This document shows positions 1 through 8,972 of a stretch of DNA of 62,161 nt, piece after piece. Source of the stretch: Candidatus Omnitrophota bacterium (GTDB taxonomy: Bacteria > Omnitrophota > Gorgyraeia > 2-02-FULL-51-18); the NCBI GenBank assembly GCA_016180585.1, contig JACPAX010000014.1, positions 1 to 62,161 of the forward strand, read 5' to 3'. The notes under the pieces are model-generated. The model worked only from the letters and a program-made list of their open reading frames with translations, did no database searches and was not told where the DNA came from. Made by a program: the position numbers and the translations under genes. Numbering within the stretch: position 1 is the first letter of the stretch; every line of letters starts with the position of its first letter.

Positions 1-53
1 AAAGGGTCAAATCTTTCCTTGACGTCATTCCTCTCTCGTGATACGATCTCCTC

Positions 54-1091
54 ATGGCCCGCCCATTAAGGATCGAATACCCCAACGCTTTCTACCACGT
101 CATGAACCGGGGTGCCGGCCGCCAAGCGATCTATCTGATCGATGACGACTACAAGATTTTCCTTGAGGTCGTTAAGGAGTCAGTGAAGTTCTTCGATATT
201 CGTATCATCTGCTACTGCCTGATGCCCAACCACTATCATCTCTTGATCCAAACCCCCAAGGCCAATCTCTCCCGTGCCATGAGGCACCTAAACGGCGTCT
301 ACACCCAGCGTTTCAACCGTCTTCATAAAAAGGACGGTCCCTTGTTCCGGGGCAGATACAAGGCCATCCTAATTCAGGAAGACGAATACCTCACACACCT
401 TATCCGTTACATCCATTTAAACCCCGTCCAGGCCAATTTAACCCAAGACCTCTCCCGATACCCCTGGACCAGCCACAAAGACTATCTAAAGGGCAAAGAC
501 GAAGCCCCCTGGCTTCATGTAAGGCTGGGCCTGGCGTTCTTCTCGAAGACCTTAAAAAGGGCCCTCCAAGACTACGGCCGATTCATGAAAGAGGGGGTGG
601 ATATGAAAACCCTGGCTTTCTACAAGAACAAGAAACGGGGCTCCATCCTTGGGGATCCCGATTTTTTGGACCATATCAAGGAAAAGTACATCCTTACCGA
701 TCGCAAGCTCTCCACCGAAATCCCCGAGCAAAGACGTATGGTGGGAGCCGCCGTTACCGAACGGATCTTGAAGGAAGTTTCACGGGCCTTCCAACAGCCC
801 AAAGAAACCCTCCTTTGCTCCAAGAGGGGAGAGCGCAACGCCGCACGCTTGACAGCGCTTTCCCTTGCCAGGGAACTTTCAGGGCTACGATTAACGGGCA
901 GGACCCCGATATCCGTCGACGCTACGCTAAGATTCATCAGGTATGTAGTCAGGAAAAGACTTGACCCCTTACCATTGACTCCTTACTTGACCCCTTACTT
1001 AACAAGCATGCAGTCAGAAAAAGACCCCTTAGGGATTACCGTACCTGGGACCCCTTACCGGGTGACCCCTTACTCTGGCAGCGCTGGATGA
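54..1091 (+). CDS. HUH/Y1 transposase (IS200-like, RAYT-like); C-terminal part degenerate and reads into a repeat array
   Basis: RIEYPNAFYHVMNRG start, HUH motif in YCLMPNHYHLLIQ and Tyr block IRYIHLNPV fit COG1943-type Y1 transposases. The last ~45 aa (PLPLTPYLTPYLT...) translate GACCCCTTAC repeats. Confidence 0.75.
   Translation: MARPLRIEYPNAFYHVMNRGAGRQAIYLIDDDYKIFLEVVKESVKFFDIRIICYCLMPNHYHLLIQTPKANLSRAMRHLNGVYTQRFNRLHKKDGPLFRGRYKAILIQEDEYLTHLIRYIHLNPVQANLTQDLSRYPWTSHKDYLKGKDEAPWLHVRLGLAFFSKTLKRALQDYGRFMKEGVDMKTLAFYKNKKRGSILGDPDFLDHIKEKYILTDRKLSTEIPEQRRMVGAAVTERILKEVSRAFQQPKETLLCSKRGERNAARLTALSLARELSGLRLTGRTPISVDATLRFIRYVVRKRLDPLPLTPYLTPYLTSMQSEKDPLGITVPGTPYRVTPYSGSAG
963..1073 (+). repeat. 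Array of six GACCCCTTA(C/G) decamers (one degenerate)
   Basis: Copies start at 963, 977 (GACTCCTTAC), 989, 1023, 1049 and 1064. A one-base-shorter inverted copy (AAGGGTCAA) lies at 2-10. Confidence 0.7.
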
Positions 1092-1243
1092 GGGCGTAGT
1101 CTCCCAGTTGTCGTTCGACGGCTTTTTTTATTCACTTCACGGTTTTTTCGTTTCCTGCAAACGGTGTCTTGTGTGCACGCCCCGGAGGTGCGGGTGGGTG
1201 TATTATCAATATTTATCAGAATTAAGCTTTTACATAGTATTTA

Positions 1244-1272
1244 TTGATTTAATTAAAATAAACATGTATAAT
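1244..1272 (+). promoter_or_regulatory. sigma70-like promoter TTGATT-17-TATAAT
   Basis: TTGATT at 1244-1249 and TATAAT at 1267-1272 with a 17-nt spacer, inside a very AT-rich stretch. The ATG at 1279 lies 6 nt after the -10. Confidence 0.5.
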
Positions 1273-1278
1273 TAAGCT

Positions 1279-2124
1279 ATGAATAGGGTCGATTTACTCC
1301 TAAGAATCGTAGCCTTGGCTTTCCTTTTTTGTGCGATGGCGCCTATCCAGGTCAGCGGAGAGGAATATACTTGTGAAGTGATGAGCCTGGAAGGGTCGGC
1401 GGTTTTGACAAAAGGGGGCATAACCCAGTCCTTAAAGGTAGGAGACCTCCTAAAGGCCGGGGACACGGTGGAGGTCCGAAGCGGCTATCTGGATCTGGCC
1501 TACGACACAGAGTGGAAAAATGTCACGAGGATTTTGGGGAAATCCAAGGTAAAGATTCGCTCGATTTATCCCACGCAAATCGGGATGGAGAGGGGCGGGA
1601 TACTGGCGAAGCTGCGCCGGCTTCCGAAGGGGTCCACTTTTGAGGTCCAGACTCCGACGGCTACGGCCGCCGTCCGGGGTTCGGAATACTTTACCGAGCA
1701 CCGGGAGGGGGTGACGCGAGTGATGAATTTTTCCCCTTCTCCCGTCATGGTCTTTGGCGCGGCCGGGAGCGGCAAGCCCGGGGACCGGACGGTGGTGGAG
1801 GAGTCCAAAAAAACGGAAGTCTCCGGCGCGGACGGGCTTCCCAAGCCCCCGGAGAAACTGTCCGGAGAAGAAGTCCGGGCGGTCAGGGTGCAGAGCGAGA
1901 GCGTGGACGCCGCCGTCGAGCAGTGTCTCAAAGAGGGCCGCGTCGGCAAGACTCAGGAGATTGACCGCGTTGAGTACGATTTGCTTCGCAAAGAGCTTGA
2001 TTTGGCAAAGTTCGACATGTCCAAGATCGAGGACAACGTGGAAAGACTGACTGCCATGGCTGCCGAAAAAGCCAGGCAGTTGAGCCGGCTGGCCGAAGAA
2101 AAGAGGAAAAAAGGCAATGCATAG
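1279..2124 (+). CDS. Secreted FecR-domain protein, paralogue 1
   Basis: Signal peptide, then GDLLKAGDTVEV ... LPKGSTFEVQTPTATAAVRGSEY, typical of the FecR (PF04773-like) fold. The tail is charged and coiled-coil-like. Confidence 0.75.
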   Translation: MNRVDLLLRIVALAFLFCAMAPIQVSGEEYTCEVMSLEGSAVLTKGGITQSLKVGDLLKAGDTVEVRSGYLDLAYDTEWKNVTRILGKSKVKIRSIYPTQIGMERGGILAKLRRLPKGSTFEVQTPTATAAVRGSEYFTEHREGVTRVMNFSPSPVMVFGAAGSGKPGDRTVVEESKKTEVSGADGLPKPPEKLSGEEVRAVRVQSESVDAAVEQCLKEGRVGKTQEIDRVEYDLLRKELDLAKFDMSKIEDNVERLTAMAAEKARQLSRLAEEKRKKGNA

Positions 2125-3385
2125 ATTCAGCGTGTTTCTCAGGATTGCAGGCCTGTCCTTTTTGCTCTTTTTAACGGCTCTCGCCCCGGCCCGCGCGGAG
2201 GAGTATACCTGCGAGGTGATGACGCTCGAGGGGTCGGCGATTTACACGAGCGCCGGCGTCTTAAAAAATCTGAAGCAGGGGGACCTCTTGAAAGCGGGGG
2301 ATGTGATCGAGGTGCGGGACGGCCATGTCGACCTTGCCTACGACAAAAACTGGAACAACGTGACGAGAGTATGGGAGAAGTCCAGGGTTAAGATTCATTC
2401 CATTTACCCTACGGGCCTGGGGCTGGATGAGGGCGGGATTTTCGCCAAGCTCCATAAACTGCCCAAGGGGTCCACTTTTGAGATTCAGACGCCGACGGCC
2501 ATTGCGGCCGTGCGAGGCTCCGAGTACCTGACCGAATACCGGGAAGGGGTCACGCGGGTGTTTAATTATTCCCCTTCGCCGGTGGAGGTGTTCAGCCTGG
2601 ATTCCATGGGCAACCTTTTGGAGCGCGCTGTCATCAGGGAATCCGAGAAAACCGAGGTGCTCAAAGCCGCCGAGCCCCCGCGTCCGCCCGAGAAGATGTC
2701 CGGGGAAGAAATGCGCCGCGCCGGGGAGCACCGCGCGGAGATTGACCGGTCCGTGGAGCTAGTGTTCGAAGCGGGCCGCATCGGTCAGACCCAGGACATC
2801 GAGGAGGTCGAAGCGATGAGGGCCAAGGAAGAAGAGGGGCGTCGCAGGGGACACCCTGAATCCGGCGACGGTCAGCATAAGCACGAAGGAACCGGACCCG
2901 GCGGTCCCGGCAGCGGTCCGGGAGAGGGCCAGGGGAACGGGAACCTCACCGAAAGTCAGCAAAATGAGCTCAAGGAAATCTTCCGGTCCAGGGGTTTGGA
3001 TGAGGAGCAGATTGAGAAAATGCGTCTGGATTCGATGCGGATGGACACCGAAGCGTTTGAGCGGATGAAGGAAAATATGCAGCAGATGACGCCGGAAGAG
3101 ATCGGGCGGATGAAGGAATCCGTGAAAGAAACCGGTGTCCGCATGCGCGAGGAGGGCGACGCGACCCGAATGGACCGCGCGGGCCAGGAGACAAAGGAAA
3201 TGCCGGTGAAAACCGTGGACCCCGACCGAGTGAGTCAGATCGAAGAGCGCGCGGGCCATGCGCAGAAAAACGTGGAGCGCGCGGTGGACAAAACCGCCGA
3301 AAAAGTAATGGACCAGATGGACCGCCAGATGACGGAAACCGAGAAGAAGATGTACGAGGACTGGTGCAAAACGCACAACTGTTAA
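2117..3385 (+). CDS. Secreted FecR-domain protein, paralogue 2
   Basis: Shares long identical blocks with paralogue 1 (EEYTCEVM, LPKGSTFE.QTPTA.AAVRGSEY, FSPSPV). Its ATG overlaps the upstream stop (ATGCATAG). The tail is long and E/K/R/M-rich. Confidence 0.75.
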   Translation: MHRFSVFLRIAGLSFLLFLTALAPARAEEYTCEVMTLEGSAIYTSAGVLKNLKQGDLLKAGDVIEVRDGHVDLAYDKNWNNVTRVWEKSRVKIHSIYPTGLGLDEGGIFAKLHKLPKGSTFEIQTPTAIAAVRGSEYLTEYREGVTRVFNYSPSPVEVFSLDSMGNLLERAVIRESEKTEVLKAAEPPRPPEKMSGEEMRRAGEHRAEIDRSVELVFEAGRIGQTQDIEEVEAMRAKEEEGRRRGHPESGDGQHKHEGTGPGGPGSGPGEGQGNGNLTESQQNELKEIFRSRGLDEEQIEKMRLDSMRMDTEAFERMKENMQQMTPEEIGRMKESVKETGVRMREEGDATRMDRAGQETKEMPVKTVDPDRVSQIEERAGHAQKNVERAVDKTAEKVMDQMDRQMTETEKKMYEDWCKTHNC

Positions 3386-3414
3386 TTTTGATTAAAATAG
3401 TTAATTTTTAATAA

Positions 3415-3443
3415 TTGATAAATGGCATTTATAAAGGTATACT
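3415..3443 (+). promoter_or_regulatory. sigma70-like promoter TTGATA-17-TATACT
   Basis: TTGATA at 3415-3420 and TATACT at 3438-3443 with a 17-nt spacer in an AT-rich intergenic region. The ATG at 3453 lies 9 nt after the -10. Confidence 0.45.
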
Positions 3444-3452
3444 TTGACTGAG

Positions 3453-4787
3453 ATGAGACGCATCGCCAGGATGGCCCAGGGGTTTTTAGTCGTTGCGGTG
3501 TGTGGGGTTTTTGCGGCAACCGCGGCGCAAGGTGAGGACTATTCCGGCGAGGTCATGACCGTCAGGGGTACGGCCTATGTCCTCAACGAAGATTCCGGCC
3601 AGAGACCTTTAAATCAGGGGGATTTGGTGAAGGCGGGCGATAGAATCGAGGTTGGCCAGTCCAGCCACGTGGACATCGCCTTCGATAAAGAATGGAACAA
3701 TATCGCCCGGGTCGGCGAGAAATCCACGGCGGAAATCCGCTCCGTTTATCCGACGGGAATAGGGCTTCCGGAAGGCGATATTTTCGCCAAGCTTCACAAG
3801 CTTCCCAAGGGAACGACTTTTGAGATCCAAACGCCTGTCGCGGTCGCCGCGGTGCGCGGCTCCGAATACTGGACCGAACACCGGGACGGCGCCACGAAAG
3901 TGCTCAATTTCTCCCCTTCGCCGGTCGAGGTGTTTGCGCTGAGCGACAAAGGAGACCTGATCGGACGGACCATCGTCCAGCAAACCGAAAGAACGGAAAT
4001 CCGGATGATGAATGAGCCTCCGGCCCCTCCGCAGAAGATGGACGCCGACGATTTGGTCCGCGCCGTCGAGCACAGCACGGGGATTGATTTATCCGTCAGA
4101 GAGGTGGTGGAGGAAGGGCGCGTGGGCAAGGTGCAGGACGTCGACTCCGTGACCGAAAAGCTTAAGGCCCGGTCCGAGGAAATGGCATCCGGCCATCGGG
4201 AGCGGGAAGAAGCCGGGACGACGGATGATCGTCAAAAAGAGAATTTAAAAGAAGAGAACGAAAAGGGCGCCGACAAAAGAAAAGAGATTGCCAAAGACGA
4301 CGCTCCGAAAGACAGGGGCCCCAGGGAAGATGGCCCGGAGGACAAAGGCCCCAGGGAGGATGACCCGAAGGGCCGGGGACCGGAGGACAACGAGCCCAGG
4401 GTAAAGGTTGAAGAGCCGAAGGTCAAGGTGGAAGAGCCGAAGATAAAGGTTGAGGAGCCCAAGATAAAAGTCGAAGAGCCGAAAATCAAAGTTGAGGAAC
4501 CCAAGATCAAAGTGGAAGAGCCCAAAATAAAAATAGACGAGCCCAAGATCAAAGTGGACGAGCCCAAGATACGAGTTGACGAACCCAAAATCCGGGTCGA
4601 CGAACCCAAGATCCGCGTGGACGAGCCCAAAATCCGGATCGAGGAGCCCAAGATCAGGGTGGACGAGCCGAAAATAAGAATTGAAGAGCCGAGGGTCCGC
4701 GCAGAAAAAATAGAAGACCGGGATCACCGCGACGGAGACCGCGACCGGGAGCATCAAGAAAAAGGACGCCATAGAGGCAGAGATTAA
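3453..4787 (+). CDS. Secreted FecR-domain protein, paralogue 3, with heptad-repeat tail
   Basis: Same FecR blocks as paralogues 1 and 2 (LPKGTTFEIQTPVAVAAVRGSEY). The ORF opens at TTG 3444; I prefer ATG 3453. The C-terminus carries 15 EPKIKVE-type repeats. Confidence 0.75.
   Translation: MRRIARMAQGFLVVAVCGVFAATAAQGEDYSGEVMTVRGTAYVLNEDSGQRPLNQGDLVKAGDRIEVGQSSHVDIAFDKEWNNIARVGEKSTAEIRSVYPTGIGLPEGDIFAKLHKLPKGTTFEIQTPVAVAAVRGSEYWTEHRDGATKVLNFSPSPVEVFALSDKGDLIGRTIVQQTERTEIRMMNEPPAPPQKMDADDLVRAVEHSTGIDLSVREVVEEGRVGKVQDVDSVTEKLKARSEEMASGHREREEAGTTDDRQKENLKEENEKGADKRKEIAKDDAPKDRGPREDGPEDKGPREDDPKGRGPEDNEPRVKVEEPKVKVEEPKIKVEEPKIKVEEPKIKVEEPKIKVEEPKIKIDEPKIKVDEPKIRVDEPKIRVDEPKIRVDEPKIRIEEPKIRVDEPKIRIEEPRVRAEKIEDRDHRDGDRDREHQEKGRHRGRD
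4392..4706 (+). repeat. 15 tandem in-frame 21-bp repeats
   Basis: Counted in the translation from EPRVKVE and EPKVKVE through EPKIRIE to EPRVRAE: 15 units x 21 nt. Confidence 0.9.
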
Positions 4788-4820
4788 CCGCCAATCTTTC
4801 CCATTTTTCTTCCTTTTTTG

Positions 4821-4849
4821 TTGATTTAAACACACCGCTTGTCTATAAT
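4821..4849 (+). promoter_or_regulatory. sigma70-like promoter TTGATT-17-TATAAT
   Basis: TTGATT at 4821-4826 and TATAAT at 4844-4849 with a 17-nt spacer, 47 nt upstream of ATG 4897. Confidence 0.5.
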
Positions 4850-4896
4850 CGCCTCAGTCCATTTTTAAGAAAAATAAAAATAGAGAGTTTGCGAAA

Positions 4897-6024
4897 ATGA
4901 GAAAGACTTTTTTTATGTTCGTCGGCGCGTTGGCCGTCGGCCTCGTGATGGGGCCGGTCCTCGGAGGGACGGCCCATGCGTTGACCGGGGAAGGCACGGC
5001 CGGCGCTTCGCTCACGGAGGAACAGAAGAACGAAAAACGCCTCCTTTTCAGCCAGTACGTGGAGGAGGAGCTCGCCCGCCGGGAAAAAAAGAAATACGAG
5101 GAACGGGCCAAGCAGCCCGAGACCCGGGACAAATTCACGCTCATCAACAAAGCCACCGCGCTTTACGGATACGACAGCAACGCAAACCTGGATTCGAGCC
5201 GCCGCGGCGACGTCTTCCACCAAGACACGGTGGAGGGCGCCTTCAAGATCGACCGGCCGGAATTCAAGCCGTTTGTCTGGCCTGGAAAAATCGGGATCAC
5301 CTGGTCGTCCGAATATCTGGATTACGACAGCAACAACTCGCTGGATTCCCACATCACCACCGTCACGGGGCTCACGGAAGAGCGGTTGAGCGACAAGTTT
5401 TCCCTGAAATTCAACTATGACTTCAGCGTGGTCCGCTACCTGAATAATGACCAGTCCAATTATTTCGGGAACAAATTAAAAACCACGCTCGCGCACAACC
5501 TGACGAATGTATTCAGCCACAGCTTCTTCGCGGCCGTCGACTCCAAAAATTTCAGGGATCGCAAGTCCTCGACCGTCGAGAACCTGCCGTCCGACGACAA
5601 CCGGCGGGACTGGGGCACCGAGATCGGCTATGGGGCGCGCCTCATTCCCCGACCGACGACGTTTATCGGCGTCACGACGGCCCTCAAGACCAACCAGTCG
5701 AGCGACTCCTACAATGATTACAATGATTACGACAGCTGGAAGCTGAACGGCTATGTCTATCACCAGTTTAACGAAAAATTTTCCGCGGTCGGGTTCAGCG
5801 GCTACGACCACAAAGCGTACGACAACCGCCGCTTCCTTAAGATCGCCGGCGACATCCGCACCGAGGAGGACGATTTTTACTACGCCGGCGGGTATCTCTA
5901 CTATGATCTCACGAAGCACTGGCAAGCGACGGTTCAGTATCTCTACAAAGAAAATCTTTCCAACGACGCCTCCCAGGAATACACGGGCTACACGCTGAAC
6001 ACGGGCCTGAGCCTCATCTTTTAA
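4897..6024 (+). CDS. Outer-membrane beta-barrel protein (putative)
   Basis: Signal peptide, alternating aromatic/polar beta-strand-like segments, YDSN motifs and a C-terminal ...NTGLSLIF with terminal Phe typical of OMPs. Confidence 0.55.
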   Translation: MRKTFFMFVGALAVGLVMGPVLGGTAHALTGEGTAGASLTEEQKNEKRLLFSQYVEEELARREKKKYEERAKQPETRDKFTLINKATALYGYDSNANLDSSRRGDVFHQDTVEGAFKIDRPEFKPFVWPGKIGITWSSEYLDYDSNNSLDSHITTVTGLTEERLSDKFSLKFNYDFSVVRYLNNDQSNYFGNKLKTTLAHNLTNVFSHSFFAAVDSKNFRDRKSSTVENLPSDDNRRDWGTEIGYGARLIPRPTTFIGVTTALKTNQSSDSYNDYNDYDSWKLNGYVYHQFNEKFSAVGFSGYDHKAYDNRRFLKIAGDIRTEEDDFYYAGGYLYYDLTKHWQATVQYLYKENLSNDASQEYTGYTLNTGLSLIF

Positions 6025-6050
6025 TCCTAAATTCAAACCACAGAGGAGAA

Positions 6051-8294
6051 ATGATGCACGCATTGACACAATTTTCACCGGGGGAAATTTTCGCGCTTTG
6101 GGCGGTGCTGGGCACGGCCGTGCTGGGGCTTCTGTACGCCGTATTTCTGATGGCGCAGGTGCTGCGCGAGGACAAGGGCACGGCGGAGATGCAGGAAATC
6201 AGCCGGTCGATCGGAGTCGGCGCCAACGCGTATCTGGTCAAGCAGTTCAAGACGATTCTTTTTTTGATTCTTCTCTTGACCGCGGCGCTGTACTTCACGG
6301 CCGGCGCCAAAAATATCGCGATCGGGCGGGCCTGCGCGTTTTTGATGGGCTCCATCTTTTCGGCGACCGTGGGTTTCGTCGGGATGAATCTTGCGGTGCG
6401 CGGCAACGTGCGCGTGGCGGCGGCCGCCAACCGCAGGAGCTTCAGCCAGGCCCTGAAGATCGCGTACCGGACCGGCACGATCACGGGGATGCTGACCGAC
6501 GGTCTCGGTCTTTTTGGGGGCACGGTGATTTTCATGATTTACGGGGAGAAGGCCTATGAGGTCCTCCTCGGTTTTGGATTCGGCGGGACGCTTCTTGCGC
6601 TTTTCATGAGGGTGGGCGGGGGGATCTTCACCAAGGCCGCGGACGTCGGGGCGGACCTGGTCGGAAAAATCGAAAAAAACATTCCGGAGGATGACCCGCG
6701 CAACGCGGCGACCATCGCGGACAACGTCGGCGACAACGTCGGGGACTGCGCCGGCATGGCCGCCGACATCTTCGAGTCTTACGAGGTGACGATCGTTTCG
6801 GCGATGATCCTGGGCTGGGCGTCGTACGGGCATAAGGGCGTTATTTTCCCTCTGCTCGTGCGCGCGGTCGGAGTCATCGCTTCCATTATAGGGACCTACG
6901 CGGTGCGCACCAAAGAAGAGGTCCGGGACGCGATGAAGGCCATCAACATCGGCTTCATTCTTTCGGCGGTCGTGTCCATCGTGGGTTTCTCGGCGATCGG
7001 TTTTTATTATTTGAAATTTCCTGGGGGGCAGTTTTCGCTGCCGTTCTGGGCGAGCCTGGGCGTCCCGGGCCTGGACCTGCGGCCCGTGCTGACGACGCTG
7101 GTGGGAATTATCCTGGCGGTCACCATCAACCGGCTCACCGAGCACTTCACGGACACGGGGAAGGACCCGGTGAAGTCCGTGGCGGAGTCCTGCCAGACGG
7201 GACATGCGACGGCCATTATCACCGGCTTTGCCGTCGGTCTTGAGAGCACGGTCTGGGCGATTTTGGTGATCGCGATTTCCATCGTGCTCTCCGCTTTTAT
7301 TTATCAGGGCGCCGGCGCGACATTTATCGCCTACGGCGTCTCGATGGCGGGCATCGGGATGCTGACGCTGACAGGCAACAACATTTCCATGGACGTCTTC
7401 GGACCGGTCTCCGACAATGCGAACGGCATCGGCGAGATGGCGCATCTTCCGAAAGAGGCCCGGCAGATTCTGGCGGACCTGGACGCCGTCGGCAACACGA
7501 CGAAGGCGATCACCAAGGGGATCGCGATCGCCTCGGCCGTCGTCGCGGCGATCTCGCTTTTTAACGCGTACATCACCAACATCAGCGCGCTGACGAATCT
7601 GACCTACGAGCAGATCGCCGGGATGCTCTCCATTTCCAACCACAACGTGTTCGTCGGGCTTCTCATCGGCGGCGCCATCCCGTTTCTTTTCAGCTCGCTC
7701 ACGATCAAGGCGGTGGGCCGGGCGGCCTTTCTCATCGTCAAGGAGGTCCGGGAGCAGCTTAAGGACAAGGACATCTGGGAGGGGAAAAAGCTTCCCGATT
7801 ACGCGCGCGTGGTGTCCATCTGCACGGCCGCCGCGCAAAGAGAGCTCATCCGGCCGGGGCTCCTGGCGATTCTGGCTCCGATTCTCGTCGGGCTTCTTCT
7901 CAAAAAAGAGGCGCTGGGCGGATTCCTGGCGGGGATGATTCTCTCGGGGCAGCTCCTGGCCGTCTTCATGGCGAACGCCGGCGGCGCCTGGGACAACGCC
8001 AAAAAACTTATCGAAGACGGCCTCTTCGGGGGCAAGGGATCGGACGCCCATAAGGCCTCGGTGACCGGCGATACCGTGGGAGATCCTCTGAAAGACACGG
8101 CGGGGCCCGCGCTCAATCCGCTGATCAAGGTCATGAACATGGTTTCGCTTCTGGCGATTCCGATCGTGATCCGTTATGAAAACTCTCCCACGGCCTTTGT
8201 CCTGGCCGCGGTGGCCGCGGTGGCGCTTGTGATGCTCGTCATTTACAAGCCCAAATCCACCCCGGAAGAGCTCGAACTCATCCGGAAAGCCTGA
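6051..8294 (+). CDS. hppA: Membrane-bound H+/Na+-translocating pyrophosphatase
   Basis: Polytopic 747-aa protein with the signature blocks GDNVGDCAGMAADIFESYEV and GDTVGDPLKDTAGPALNPLIKVMN. Confidence 0.95.
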   Translation: MMHALTQFSPGEIFALWAVLGTAVLGLLYAVFLMAQVLREDKGTAEMQEISRSIGVGANAYLVKQFKTILFLILLLTAALYFTAGAKNIAIGRACAFLMGSIFSATVGFVGMNLAVRGNVRVAAAANRRSFSQALKIAYRTGTITGMLTDGLGLFGGTVIFMIYGEKAYEVLLGFGFGGTLLALFMRVGGGIFTKAADVGADLVGKIEKNIPEDDPRNAATIADNVGDNVGDCAGMAADIFESYEVTIVSAMILGWASYGHKGVIFPLLVRAVGVIASIIGTYAVRTKEEVRDAMKAINIGFILSAVVSIVGFSAIGFYYLKFPGGQFSLPFWASLGVPGLDLRPVLTTLVGIILAVTINRLTEHFTDTGKDPVKSVAESCQTGHATAIITGFAVGLESTVWAILVIAISIVLSAFIYQGAGATFIAYGVSMAGIGMLTLTGNNISMDVFGPVSDNANGIGEMAHLPKEARQILADLDAVGNTTKAITKGIAIASAVVAAISLFNAYITNISALTNLTYEQIAGMLSISNHNVFVGLLIGGAIPFLFSSLTIKAVGRAAFLIVKEVREQLKDKDIWEGKKLPDYARVVSICTAAAQRELIRPGLLAILAPILVGLLLKKEALGGFLAGMILSGQLLAVFMANAGGAWDNAKKLIEDGLFGGKGSDAHKASVTGDTVGDPLKDTAGPALNPLIKVMNMVSLLAIPIVIRYENSPTAFVLAAVAAVALVMLVIYKPKSTPEELELIRKA

Positions 8295-8299
8295 CCGGG

Positions 8300-8923
8300 G
8301 TGCAGGAGCTTCTCTCCCTCCTTACTCATCCGGACGAGCTCATCGCCTGGGGCGGTTATCTGGGCTTGGCGCTCATCGTTTTCGCCGAGACGGGCCTCCT
8401 CGCCGGTTTCTTCCTGCCGGGGGACTCGCTTCTGGTGACCGCGGGCCTGGTCGCCTCGTGGGGGCGGCTTGATTATCTGACGCTGAACGCGCTGCTCATC
8501 TTTTGCGCGGTTGCCGGGGACACCGTGGGCTACTGGATCGGCTATTACACGGGTCCGAAGATCTTCAGGAGAGAAGACTCCTTTTTCTTCCGCAGGAGTC
8601 ATCTCGAGCGCACCCACCGTTTTTTCGAGAAGCACGGCGGCAAGACGATCATCCTGGCGCGTTTTGTGCCGATCGTAAGGACCTTCGCGCCGACCGTGGC
8701 CGGAGCGGGGAGGATGAGTTACGGAAAATTTCTCTCTTACAACGTCTTCGGCGGAATATTCTGGGTGCTCGGGATGACCTCGGTCGGGTTTTTCCTGGGC
8801 CGGTCGATTCCCGACATCGACAGGCATCTCCATCTTGTGATCGCGGTCGTTGTCGCCGTTTCGTTTCTTCCGATATTCTTCGAGTGGTTCAGGTCCCGCG
8901 GGAAAACCTCCAAAAGTGTTTGA
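8300..8923 (+). CDS. DedA/SNARE-associated family membrane protein
   Basis: FLPGDSLLVTAGL, GYWIGY..G and HGGKTIILARFVPIVRTF blocks typical of DedA. GTG start. Confidence 0.85.
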   Translation: MQELLSLLTHPDELIAWGGYLGLALIVFAETGLLAGFFLPGDSLLVTAGLVASWGRLDYLTLNALLIFCAVAGDTVGYWIGYYTGPKIFRREDSFFFRRSHLERTHRFFEKHGGKTIILARFVPIVRTFAPTVAGAGRMSYGKFLSYNVFGGIFWVLGMTSVGFFLGRSIPDIDRHLHLVIAVVVAVSFLPIFFEWFRSRGKTSKSV

Positions 8924-8972
8924 CAACCTACTTTTTTTTCATTAAGCTAATAGTTAGATAGTCAAACTAATA

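Noticed and set aside
4392-4706. Possible CRISPR array, based on regularly spaced repeats
   Set aside because: The units are contiguous 21-bp repeats with no spacers and lie in frame within a coding region. No cas genes are present in the window.
4232-4835. Minus-strand ORFs with LGSSTRILGSST... repeats
   Set aside because: They are reverse-frame translations of the EPKIKVE repeat array inside the third FecR paralogue.
6075-8051. 658-aa minus-strand ORF opposite the pyrophosphatase gene
   Set aside because: The product is Arg/Pro/Gly/Asp-rich low-complexity sequence typical of the antisense frame of GC-rich coding DNA. The plus strand carries an unmistakable hppA.
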